A stretch of DNA of 42,080 bases, taken from NCBI GenBank assembly GCA_964609915.1, contig CAZSTN010000001.1:1-42080 (forward strand), written 5' to 3'. This document shows positions 1 through 9,900 of the stretch, one piece after another (the first letter of the stretch is position 1; each line of letters opens with the position of its first letter). Both the position numbers and the translations under genes were made by a program. A model generated the notes under the pieces. It was not told the DNA's origin, did not search any database, and worked only from the letters and a program-made list of their open reading frames with translations. Source of the DNA: an uncultured Candidatus Saccharibacteria bacterium (lineage in GTDB: Bacteria > Patescibacteriota > Saccharimonadia > Saccharimonadales > Saccharimonadaceae).

Positions 1-81
1 GCAACCTGAGTTCGAGAAGGAGCGAAGCCCTACGAGAACCCAGCGTGAAGCCTAGATCGAAAGAGGAAGGCTAGGCAGAAG

Positions 82-768
82 CTAGCTACTTGGCAACTTC
101 TGCTCAGGACACTTATTCAAAACCCTCTTCATAGCGTCTTTCTCGGCGGAGGTTACCCAAAGCCGATACTTAGTTTTGACATAAATCTGTCTGGCGACAT
201 ACTCACACCTAAAGACCTTATTTGGAGGTAGCCACGAAGCGGCGTCCGAGTCGCTTTTTTGCTGATTAGCTGGCCCGTCAGCGGCAACCAACTCCATTGG
301 ATCGTTGGCTAAAGCTTCCCTCTCGGTAGGCGTCAGTTGCTGAGCGCCTTTTTGCCAAGCATCAGACAAAGCCACCACATGATCAATCTGTACGGCCGAA
401 GGTGAACTCGACGAATACTCAACCACCTCGCCAGTATACGGGTCCTGCAAGGTACCAGAACTCACCGTGCATTCATCTTTCATATTGATATTAGTCAGGT
501 CTCTGTACAAAATGATTTGACGCATTGAACAACCCGATATTTTCATCCAGTCACCACCGAACTCGTCCCTTGAGTAGCCAGTTTTTGGCGCCCTACCTTT
601 TACGTCGAGAGCGTCCAGGGCCACCATGGTATCAGAACCAACTCGACCTATTTTTTCCGAGGAATAGTTGCGAACTATCTCACCGCCACCAATGTAAGCC
701 CCGTAAACAACGACAAAAATAATCGACACCGACAGTAGCCCAACGAAAACCGCTCGCCTTTTTCTCAT
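82..768 (-). CDS. Membrane-anchored/secreted HNH-type (DUF1524-like) endonuclease
   Basis: Basic N-terminus plus TM helix (MRKRRAVFVGLLSVSIIFVVVYG); GYSRDEFG, DPYTG, IDHVVALSDAW, NQQKSD and WLP motifs typical of DUF1524/HNH extracellular nucleases. Start moved from 789 to ATG 768 because a CATAAT box lies 7 nt upstream. Confidence 0.8.
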   Translation of the reverse strand: MRKRRAVFVGLLSVSIIFVVVYGAYIGGGEIVRNYSSEKIGRVGSDTMVALDALDVKGRAPKTGYSRDEFGGDWMKISGCSMRQIILYRDLTNINMKDECTVSSGTLQDPYTGEVVEYSSSSPSAVQIDHVVALSDAWQKGAQQLTPTEREALANDPMELVAADGPANQQKSDSDAASWLPPNKVFRCEYVARQIYVKTKYRLWVTSAEKDAMKRVLNKCPEQKLPSS

Positions 769-814
769 ACTATCTATTATGACAGGCAAATCTTAACTTT
801 GATACAATATAAGA

Positions 815-3214
815 ATGACTTACGTAAATCGACTTATAGAATACTTCAAACCAAACAACTATAAATTAACAATAGACCTAAACCGAGCCGACCGAAGCTT
901 CACTGGCGTTGTAACAATATCTGGCGAGACGCAAGGCGATGGCTCAAAAATCGGCTTCCACTCAAAAGACCTGACTCTTGAGAATATTAAGCTAGATGGA
1001 GAGTCTGTCGACTGGGAAGTTGCAGAAAATGACGAAGTGTATATTGCTACAAAAAACCAACAAGCAAGAACAGAAGTTGAAATCTCGTTTTCTGGCAAAA
1101 TAACTGACAAGATGAACGGCATCTACCCCTGCTACTATCAACACGACGGTCAGAATAAGGAATTATTAGCGACTCAGTTCGAGAGTCACTACGCCCGTGA
1201 AGCTTTTCCGTGCATTGACGAACCAGAAGCCAAAGCTACTTTTGATGTAACTTTAACAACAGAAAAAGATATTCAAGTTATAGGAAATATGCCAGCAATA
1301 GAGCAGGCTATAGCAGACGATAAACTTACGACAACATTTGACACCACGCCAAAGATGAGTACATACTTACTGGCTTGGGTTACCGGTGAGCTCCACAAAA
1401 AAACCGCCTACACTAAAAGTGGCGTTGAAGTAAGCGTTTGGGCTACACCGGCACAACCCGCTGATAGTTTGAGCTTTGGCTTAGATATTGCGACTCGGAC
1501 TATTGATTTCTTTGAAGATTATTTCCAAACCCCCTACCCGCTACCTAAATCAGACAACGTTGCTTTGCCGGACTTCTCTTCAGGAGCGATGGAAAACTGG
1601 GGCCTTGTAACATATCGAGAAACAGCCTTGCTGGCTGACCCAAAAACTACCTCTAGCACCGACAAACACCAAGCGGCCACTGTCATTACCCACGAACTTA
1701 GCCACCAGTGGTTTGGCAACCTAGTCACGATGAAATGGTGGAACGACCTTTGGCTTAACGAGAGCTTCGCTAGTATGATGGAGAATGTCGCCGTCGATGC
1801 CTTAGAGCCAAGCTGGAATATTTGGTTAATGGATGCCACCTCCGGAACTCCGAGCGCCCTCCAGCGAGACTCGTTAAATGGCGTTCAGGCGGTAAGAAGT
1901 GACGTCAACCACCCTGACGAAATCCAGACGCTATTTGACCCTTCGATTGTTTACGCTAAAGGTGCCCGACTACTCCTAATGCTTCAAAAATACCTTGGCG
2001 AAGATGCTATGCGTAGAGGTCTGCAATCTTACTTTGCAGAATTTGCCTACCAAAACACCGTTGCCGAAGACCTTTGGAAACATCTATCTAAGGTAAGCGG
2101 CAAAGATGTCGGCGGATTTATGAACGACTGGATAAACAAACCCGGCTATCCGGTGGTTAACGTAAGCCGAGAAGATGACACAGTTACAGTTTCACAAAAG
2201 AGATTTTACATAGGCGACCACCAGGCGACCGACGAAACCTGGCCGATACCACTCAGAGCCTCCTTAGAAGAACTACCCGAACTACTCGACTCTAAAAGCT
2301 TGAGCGTAAAAACGAGTGACGACTTCGTCTACCTCAACTCTGGAGCAACTGGTCACTTCATAACCAATTACGATCAATTGACGCTGAAAGTAATTCTGCA
2401 AAATATCCAATCTCTAGACACCATTGACCGACTTTATTTTCTGCAAGAAAGAATGCTTCTAGCTAAAGCTGGAGTCATATCTACTGCCGACTTAGTTCCG
2501 CTACTAGAGACGCACAAAGAAGAAACAGACAACAGCGTCTGGGACATGCTGGCTGCGATAGTGGCCGAATTAAAATCGTTCATCGAGCCAGACTCGGATG
2601 AAGACCGTTCTTTGCGTGAAATTGTCGACAAGTTGACCGAAAAAGAATACCTTCGCCTCGGTTGGGATAGTCAACAAGACGAACCCGAAAGTGATTCCAA
2701 ACAACGAGCGACAATAATAGGCCTGAAACTTTATGCCGAGAACAGTCAAGCTGTTGATACGGCTTTGAAAATATACGGAAATGTCGCACTAAAAGACGAT
2801 ATTGCTGTTGGACTAACCGCTACTAAAAATCTCCAAACTATTAGCAGGCTAGCTGAGACCTCTAAAGATACGTCTATAGTTAGACTACAGGACTTCACTT
2901 ATTGGTTCGTGCGTTTGCTAAGAAATCGCTACGGCAGAGACTATATGTGGAAGTGGGCTCAAGATAACTGGCAGTGGATGACAGAAACCTTTAGTGGCGA
3001 CTCGAACTATGACTTGCTTCCGAGGTACATAGCTGGTTCTCTGAACAAGAAACAGCATCTTGATGAATACTCTAACTTCTTCAAGCCGCTAGAGTCCGAT
3101 TTAGCACTGAAACGAAACATTCAACTCGGTGTGCATGAGCTAAAAGCTAAAGTCGACTTAATTTCCCGTGACTCCGAAGCTGTCTCAAAGGCCCTCGTCG
3201 AACACCGAAAGTGA
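815..3214 (+). CDS. pepN: M1 family zinc aminopeptidase N
   Basis: TQFESHYAREAFPCIDEP, GAMENWG, HELSHQW (HExxH) followed by WLNESFA, YAKGA; ERAP1-like C-terminal region. Confidence 0.95.
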   Translation: MTYVNRLIEYFKPNNYKLTIDLNRADRSFTGVVTISGETQGDGSKIGFHSKDLTLENIKLDGESVDWEVAENDEVYIATKNQQARTEVEISFSGKITDKMNGIYPCYYQHDGQNKELLATQFESHYAREAFPCIDEPEAKATFDVTLTTEKDIQVIGNMPAIEQAIADDKLTTTFDTTPKMSTYLLAWVTGELHKKTAYTKSGVEVSVWATPAQPADSLSFGLDIATRTIDFFEDYFQTPYPLPKSDNVALPDFSSGAMENWGLVTYRETALLADPKTTSSTDKHQAATVITHELSHQWFGNLVTMKWWNDLWLNESFASMMENVAVDALEPSWNIWLMDATSGTPSALQRDSLNGVQAVRSDVNHPDEIQTLFDPSIVYAKGARLLLMLQKYLGEDAMRRGLQSYFAEFAYQNTVAEDLWKHLSKVSGKDVGGFMNDWINKPGYPVVNVSREDDTVTVSQKRFYIGDHQATDETWPIPLRASLEELPELLDSKSLSVKTSDDFVYLNSGATGHFITNYDQLTLKVILQNIQSLDTIDRLYFLQERMLLAKAGVISTADLVPLLETHKEETDNSVWDMLAAIVAELKSFIEPDSDEDRSLREIVDKLTEKEYLRLGWDSQQDEPESDSKQRATIIGLKLYAENSQAVDTALKIYGNVALKDDIAVGLTATKNLQTISRLAETSKDTSIVRLQDFTYWFVRLLRNRYGRDYMWKWAQDNWQWMTETFSGDSNYDLLPRYIAGSLNKKQHLDEYSNFFKPLESDLALKRNIQLGVHELKAKVDLISRDSEAVSKALVEHRK

Positions 3215-4132
3215 CACTCGTTGTCCGTCTATAGCTACGGCAGCTAAAACGATGTCGAGGCTGGTGGCATTATGCTTAGAAACGTAATGCCGAGCGGCCA
3301 AGACCATCTGTTTAAATTTTTGAGGAGTTATGGACTCTAAGGCTGACCCAAATTGACCACTTGAGCGTGATTTTACCTCTATAAAGTATACTTTAGAGTT
3401 TTTCGTAGCGACAATATCAACTTCACACCAGCGATTTTGCCAATTATTCGCTAACACAGTAAAGCCCTTGCTCGCCAAATACTCTGAGGCCTTTTTCTCG
3501 CCGTCATAACCAATGCTTTTAGCTGTTTTGTTTTTGGCGAATTGGTCAGATACTGCCGGAACTGATGCCTCTAACTTTGCTATCGGCGCAAAAGACCTTC
3601 TGTGTAGTGGCGTAAGACCTAAGGTTTCTAAAGCCAACCTATGCTTTGCCGTACCGTAACCGACATGAGACGCAAACCCGTAGTCCGGAAATAACTCATC
3701 TTGGGTTTTCATGTATTTGTCTCGGGCAACCTTGGCTATGATAGACGCAGCCGACACGCACGGCACTAAGTAGTCGGCCTTAGGCATAACCGTTACATAA
3801 GCGCCCTTCTTGGTGTCTTTTAGGAAGTTGACTGTACCGTCTATAACTATTTCGTGGTACGGCACCTTTACTGCCTCGACCGCTCTAACTGTTGCCAGCT
3901 TTAATGCTTGCGACAAGCCAACCGTGTCTAGTTCCTTAGAGTCTACCCAGCCTAGACCCCAACCGACAGCAACTTCTTTTATTTTTTCTTCTAGCTGGAG
4001 ACGACGTTTCTCGGATAGCTTCTTGCTGTCAGTCAGACCGTCTATTTGGCAGTTGTCTGGCAAAACCACAGCGCCAACAACTAATGGACCGGCCCACGGA
4101 CCCCTTCCTGCCTCGTCTACTCCAAGTATCAT
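3185..4132 (-). CDS. rnhB: Ribonuclease HII fused to a C-terminal YraN/UPF0102 PD-(D/E)xK-fold domain
   Basis: N-terminal GVDEAGRGPWAGP, DSKKL, IDG, AASIIAKVARD, GYGT, HRRSF; C-terminal GEKKASEYL..KGF..LANNW...EVDIVA....FIEVK typical of YraN. Confidence 0.92.
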   Translation of the reverse strand: MILGVDEAGRGPWAGPLVVGAVVLPDNCQIDGLTDSKKLSEKRRLQLEEKIKEVAVGWGLGWVDSKELDTVGLSQALKLATVRAVEAVKVPYHEIVIDGTVNFLKDTKKGAYVTVMPKADYLVPCVSAASIIAKVARDKYMKTQDELFPDYGFASHVGYGTAKHRLALETLGLTPLHRRSFAPIAKLEASVPAVSDQFAKNKTAKSIGYDGEKKASEYLASKGFTVLANNWQNRWCEVDIVATKNSKVYFIEVKSRSSGQFGSALESITPQKFKQMVLAARHYVSKHNATSLDIVLAAVAIDGQRVSLSVFDEGL

Positions 4133-4169
4133 ACATACTACTATATAGATATATTCTTAAATAGTCATG

Positions 4170-4195
4170 AAAAATACCCCTAAAGTCGGGGTATT
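4170..4195 (-). terminator. Intrinsic terminator after rplS
   Basis: AATACCCC-7 nt loop-GGGGTATT stem running into a T tract on the minus strand, about 20 nt after the rplS stop. Confidence 0.8.
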
Positions 4196-4215
4196 CTACA
4201 TAAGTTTAGAAAGAA

Positions 4216-4671
4216 TTAAGATTCTTTAGTGTCGGTGTTAGTCTCAGGAGCCTCTGGCTCTTCAACTGACTCAGCAACCTCAACGGGAGCCTCTTCCAGG
4301 GTGTTGACACCTTCACGGTCAAAACCAAGCGCCTTAAGTCGAGCGCCCTTACCGCTACGGTTACGCAAGAATGAAAGATAGTTACGGCGAACTTTAGCTC
4401 GACGAGTAACTTCAACTTTTTCGACAAGCGGACTATGTAGCAAAAAGCTTTTCTCTACGCCAACACCGCTAGCGACTTTACGAACAGTAATTCGTGAGGT
4501 GTGCGACTTAGCACGGTCAACACGAATAACTACGCCTTCAAAAACCTGAATTCGCTCTTTGCTACCTTCTTTAATTTTTTGGTGAACACGGACGGTATCA
4601 CCACTTCTTACGTCAACAACGGCATGTTTGCGTTGCTTTTCGTTGACACTGTTGATTAATTCAAAACTCAT
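4216..4671 (-). CDS. rplS: 50S ribosomal protein L19 with acidic C-terminal tail
   Basis: GDTVRVHQKIKEGSKERIQVFEGVVI, TVRKVASGVGVEK.F..HSP, KVRR.YL.FLR.RSGK.AR. Confidence 0.97.
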   Translation of the reverse strand: MSFELINSVNEKQRKHAVVDVRSGDTVRVHQKIKEGSKERIQVFEGVVIRVDRAKSHTSRITVRKVASGVGVEKSFLLHSPLVEKVEVTRRAKVRRNYLSFLRNRSGKGARLKALGFDREGVNTLEEAPVEVAESVEEPEAPETNTDTKES

Positions 4672-4770
4672 TTTATTCTCACTTGTCTCGCTTATTAGTA
4701 ATTACTATAACAATCAATTAATGATTATAGCATAACTCACAGACTTTTTAAAGAGGCTGAGGAGATATTT

Positions 4771-6396
4771 TTAGATTACTCGATTTATCTCTTCGAGGGT
4801 AGTCTCACCACGAAGCACCGCCAGCAGCCCGGATTCAAGCAAGGTTACCATACCTTGTTTGCGGACCTCTTTCTCTATAACGCCTGCATCAACGTCGATT
4901 ATGTCGCCCCTGAGGAACTTCTGGACCCCTTCGGTAACGACCATCTGCTCCATAACGACAACTCTACCGACATAGCCAAACGGGTTCTCTTCGCTCGGTA
5001 CTGGTCTAAATAGTCGGATGTTATTAAGATCGGGTTTTTGGACATGGGCCGGTAAATTAGCCAGTTGGTTACGGATCCAGTTCTTGGTCGCTTCATCTGG
5101 CTCGTACTCTTCTTTAGTGTTGTCGTCTAGCCTTCTAACAAGCCTCTGGGCCATAACTAAACGGATAGCTGTACTAAAAATAGGATTAACGCCGATAAGG
5201 TCTATCATACGACTAAAAGCCGCCGAGGTACTATTGGCGTGAAAAGTAGACAAAACTAGGTGACCAGTTATAGAGGCCTGAATAGCCGTTTTGGCAGTGT
5301 CGGCATCACGAATTTCTCCGACCATCACGACGTCTGGGTCAAGACGCAAAACCGAGCGCAAATGATCGGCAAAACTTTGACCCTCAGTGGTATTAACTGG
5401 TATTTGAGATACGCCAGGTACGCCGAACTCAATCGGGTCTTCGAGGGTAACAATTTTTCTATCAAGAGTGTTCAACGACGAAATTATGCTATAAAGTGTC
5501 GTAGATTTACCACTACCCGTAGGCCCAACCATTAACACCATGCCCCGTGGGTGGCTTATGATATCGTCAATTTCTCGCCTCTCTTGGGGCTGAATACCTA
5601 GCCTGTCGATATTAAGCATTGATGAGTCATAGTTAAATAACCTGATTACAGCGTCTTGGCCATACAGAGTCGGCACAACTTCAATACGCATGTTAAGAAT
5701 CGTAACTGTGCCATCGTCTTTGGTGATCTCTTTTTGCATATGCCCAGATTGCGGCTCGGTCGAAGCCGTTGAAACATTAGCTCGTGAGGCTAACGCACCT
5801 AATATAACCCTGTAACGGTCTTTACCGAGCTTCGCCACCGGGTGCAATGCTCCGTCAACACGCATTCTGATGCGGATATCTTCTCGCTGATTCTCGATGT
5901 GAACGTCACTAGCGCCTATTTTATCAGCCTGATTTATGAGATAATCAAAAATCTCATCAGCACCCACGGACTCCAGGGTTTCGCTTACCCTGGCAAGAGT
6001 ATCACTGTCGCCATCTTTAGCGATCTCGATGTCGTCATGAATCACAACCACTGGTGGGTCATAGCGCAACATGAAGCCACTAAAACCAGACTGACTTATT
6101 AAGAAAAACTGAACATTTTGAGCTAAGTTATTATATTTGACCTTTAGCTGGTTCATAAAAGACTGCGGTGACTGCGAGGTAACTCCAAACTGCCAAGGTT
6201 CGGACTCATTTCCACGGGACAAAGGAACAATACGGTTCTGGCGCATTTCGGAAATTTCGAATACGTCATTAATTAAAGGTAGCGTCTCTTCGTAATTTCG
6301 ACTGTCTAAATATGGCAGACTTAAAACAGCCGCCCTGCTTCTAGTACTTTGCTCTTCTGTCTCCCGAGCTTTTGCCTGCACCCTCGACTCGTCCAT
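4771..6396 (-). CDS. Type IV pilus/T2SS assembly ATPase (PilB/GspE family)
   Basis: ASDVHIE, RMRVDG, Walker A GPTGSGKSTTL, TLEDPIE, LRLDPDVVMVGEIRD, TGHLVLSTFHAN, AQRLVR, G.TTLEEI.RV. Confidence 0.93.
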   Translation of the reverse strand: MDESRVQAKARETEEQSTRSRAAVLSLPYLDSRNYEETLPLINDVFEISEMRQNRIVPLSRGNESEPWQFGVTSQSPQSFMNQLKVKYNNLAQNVQFFLISQSGFSGFMLRYDPPVVVIHDDIEIAKDGDSDTLARVSETLESVGADEIFDYLINQADKIGASDVHIENQREDIRIRMRVDGALHPVAKLGKDRYRVILGALASRANVSTASTEPQSGHMQKEITKDDGTVTILNMRIEVVPTLYGQDAVIRLFNYDSSMLNIDRLGIQPQERREIDDIISHPRGMVLMVGPTGSGKSTTLYSIISSLNTLDRKIVTLEDPIEFGVPGVSQIPVNTTEGQSFADHLRSVLRLDPDVVMVGEIRDADTAKTAIQASITGHLVLSTFHANSTSAAFSRMIDLIGVNPIFSTAIRLVMAQRLVRRLDDNTKEEYEPDEATKNWIRNQLANLPAHVQKPDLNNIRLFRPVPSEENPFGYVGRVVVMEQMVVTEGVQKFLRGDIIDVDAGVIEKEVRKQGMVTLLESGLLAVLRGETTLEEINRVI

Positions 6397-6451
6397 TGCT
6401 TATCATTTTAACAGAAAACTTAAGCGTTTTATAGTGATATAATGAAATTCA

Positions 6452-6946
6452 ATGCTTGATTTAATTTTAATTGCACATAATATTCGCTCTACGCATAACG
6501 TTGGCTCAATTTTTCGAACTGCCGACGGCTTTGGGGTCTCAAAAATAATACTGAGTGGCTATACGCCCTACCCCGCACAAGATAACGACCCTCGCCTGCC
6601 TCATATCGCCGAAAAGCTCGACTCTCAGATACATAAAACCGCTCTTGGTGCCGAAAAAACGGTCCCTTTTGAATATGTTGAAAAAATAAGTTTAGAAGAA
6701 ATTAAGAAGCAGGGCTATAGAGTAGTTGGCTTAGAGCAATCTGAGAGAAGTATTCAACTTTCAGAGTACTCACCAAGCAACGACAAAATAGCCTTAATTA
6801 TTGGCGAAGAAGTCAATGGCATCGAACCCGAGCTGCTGGCTCAGTGCGAAGATATCATAGAAATACCCATGAGGGGCGAGAAAGAGTCTTTCAACGTCAG
6901 CGTGGCTACTGGTATAGCCTTGTACGGCTTATTTTACAACGACTGA
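6452..6946 (+). CDS. SpoU/TrmH family RNA 2'-O-methyltransferase
   Basis: HNIRSTHNVGSIFRTADGFG, IIGEEVNGI and IEIPMRGEKESFNVSVATGIALY SPOUT motifs. Confidence 0.92.
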   Translation: MLDLILIAHNIRSTHNVGSIFRTADGFGVSKIILSGYTPYPAQDNDPRLPHIAEKLDSQIHKTALGAEKTVPFEYVEKISLEEIKKQGYRVVGLEQSERSIQLSEYSPSNDKIALIIGEEVNGIEPELLAQCEDIIEIPMRGEKESFNVSVATGIALYGLFYND

Positions 6947-9900
6947 GTCTTCGCCGAGTATTTTTACGAGCTCTCCCATTAAAGCCTGGCTAGTCTCCAC
7001 CTTAAAGGGCAGTTTAATAGCAGATTTGTTGTCATCCTCACCGAGGACCATGATTACATCGCTCATTCCAGAATTCCTTAAACAAATATCCTTGGCTAAT
7101 TCTAAGATCTTTTTATCGTCTGAACTTTTAACCCTAAGATAGAGTGTTGTAGGTTTTACATCGCTCTCAAGAATAGGTTTGGCAACTATATTCTTAACCA
7201 TAATCGAGGCTGTTGTTTTATTTGCGGCCGACGTCGGTTTATTCCTGAACGAAGATTTGCGATTATTAACCGTCGCTTTCTTTGGTTTTGCCATCTTTTG
7301 TCCATTCGACTCGTAATCTTTGAGTTCTTTTTCGTCAATCACCTCAAGTTGGTCGGCTATCAACTTTGGCTCGCTAGTCATATTCCCGTCACGGTCACGG
7401 GCCGAAACTTTACCGGTGGTTTTCAAGATAGCATCTTGAACTAATTTGCCGCCAATCTGTTCATAAAGGTTAGGGAAAACAATAACTTCAGCCTCATTAT
7501 ATTTGTCTTCAATGCCAACGAAGGCCATTTTTGAACCACTTTTAGTAACGATGGTCCGAACGGTCGACACGATACCACCCACGGTAACCACTCGTCCGTC
7601 AATGTCAGAGCTCACCTCAGCCAAAGACAGTGTCTGCTCCTCAAAATAAGCGTCGTAGTTATCGAGCGGATGAGCACTAATATATAGGCCCAGAAGCTCA
7701 CGCTCCCAGGCGAGTCGCTCTTTTTCGGTATGTTTAACTGGAGCGGTGGCCATTGCAACCGACGGCTGAATATCCTCACCAACTAAATTACCGAACAAAT
7801 CTGTCTGGCCACTTAAAGCTTCTTTTTGTATTTTAGAGGCGAAAGCTTGAATAGTCTCGAGATTAAACAACAAGTCAGATCGGTCCGCCAGTTCGTCAAA
7901 AGCACCAGTCTTAATTAGCGAATCCCAAGCTTTTTTATTAACCTTTGAAGCTGAAACTCTTCTAGCAAAGTCTTCGACAGTTTTAAATTTACCGTCTTCC
8001 CTGGCTCTAAGGATCTCTTCAACGGCAGCTGTACCAACTCCCTTAACTGCTGCCATACCAAAGCGAATCTCGTTCTCGCCCGGCACAACCGCAAATTCCA
8101 CATAACTTTCGTTAACGTCAGGAGCCAGAACCGTTATTCCCATGTGCTTACATTCCGATATCTCAATCGCCAAGCGGTCGATATCGCCAGCGTCGCTGGT
8201 CATCAAGGCTGCCATAAAAGCATCAGGGTAATGAGCCTTCAAATAGCCCGTCCAGTAGGCTATTAGGCCATAGCAAGCGGCGTGAGACTTGTTAAAACAG
8301 TAGGCGGCGAAGTCTTCAAGTTGCTTCCAGAAAATCTCCATATCAGCTCTATTAGCGCCAGAATGCTCAATCGCACCTTCGATGAAGCGCTCTTTCATTT
8401 TTGCCATGACATCGAGCATCTTTTTACCGATAGCCTTACGCAATGTATCGGCCTCTCCACCCGTAAAACCAGCCAAGTCTTTAGATATCTGCATAACCTG
8501 TTCTTGGTAAACCAAAACTCCGTAGGTATTTTCTAGAGCACCTTTCATTTTTGGATGCATATAAGTTATTTCACGCTCGCCGTGTTTTCGCTTAATAAAA
8601 TCGTCAATAAACTGCATTGGCCCAGGTCGATAAAGCGCCACCATAGCCACGATGTCTTCAAAAACACTCGGGCTTAATTCACGAAGATAGCGTTTCATAC
8701 CGGCGGACTCTAACTGGAACACACCAGTGGTATCGCCTCGTTGAAATAGCTCGTAGGTCTTGGCATCGTCAAGCGGTATCTTGTCTAGGTTTATGTCATT
8801 GCCGTAAACTTTTTTGATTATACGCAGAGCGTTGTTGATAATAGTCAAGTTTGATAGTCCAAGAAAGTCCATTTTAAGAAGCCCAATATCTTCAACCGGA
8901 CCCATTGGGTACTGTGTAACTACTACACCCTTTTGGGACATTTCAACTGGGGTAAACTTTACGACATCGTCAGGAGCAATAACTACACCAGCCGCATGAA
9001 CGCCATGGCTTCTTATCGTCCCTTCAAGCTCAATGGCGTAATCAAACACCTTTTTAGCCGTTGGGTTGTTCTGATACTCGTTTTTTAAGTCAGCGTCTTC
9101 AACGACACTTTTGGCAAGCGGTGTGTGTCGGCCCTGAATAGGTGGCGGAACCAACTTCGCTAGTCTGTCACTTTCAGAGTAAGGAACTTGCAGGACACGG
9201 GCCACGTCACGCACAGCAGCCCGGGCGGCCATCTTACCAAAAGTTACAATGTTAGCAACTCTATCGACGCCGTACTTATCGGTACAATAAGCGATAACTT
9301 CATCTCGTCTGGTGTCCTGAATATCGATATCAACATCCGGCATAGATATACGGTCTGGGTTCAAGAATCTCTCGAAAAGTAGGTCATACTGGAGCGGATC
9401 AAGCTCGGTTATACGAGTCGAATAAGCAACTATGGACCCAGCGGCTGAGCCTCGACCAGGTCCGAAGATAATTCCCCGAGATTTACCCCAGTTTATAAAG
9501 TCCTGAACTATTAAGAAGTAGCCGCTAAAGCCCATGCGGTCAACTACGCCTAGCTCATAATCAGCTCGAGTCAAAACTTCTTCTGAAACTTTAGAACGAG
9601 CTTCTTCGATGGTCAACTTTTTGGACTCATCGTAACCAACTCCACCATAACGCCAAGCTAATCCTTGAAAGACTAGCTCGTCTAAATAAGATTTTTCGTC
9701 ATAACCGTCTGGGGTGGGAAATGTTGGAATTAAAATCTTGCCAAGATCAAGCTCAACGTTGCATCTGTCGGCAATTTTCTTAGTATTCGTAACAGCGTCA
9801 GGGTTAGTCTTCCCCCATCTTCCTATTATGTCTTGCGGTGGAGTAACGTGAAGTTCGAAGTCTTTTAGTGACATACGCTTTTCGTCGCTCAAAAATGAGC

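Noticed and set aside
1-81. Purine-rich stretch with a GCCTAG...CTAGGC inverted repeat; considered as an RNase P or other ncRNA end
   Set aside because: No convincing ncRNA signature; two + frames stay open until 55 and 74, so it may just be the end of an upstream gene. Not resolvable at the window edge.
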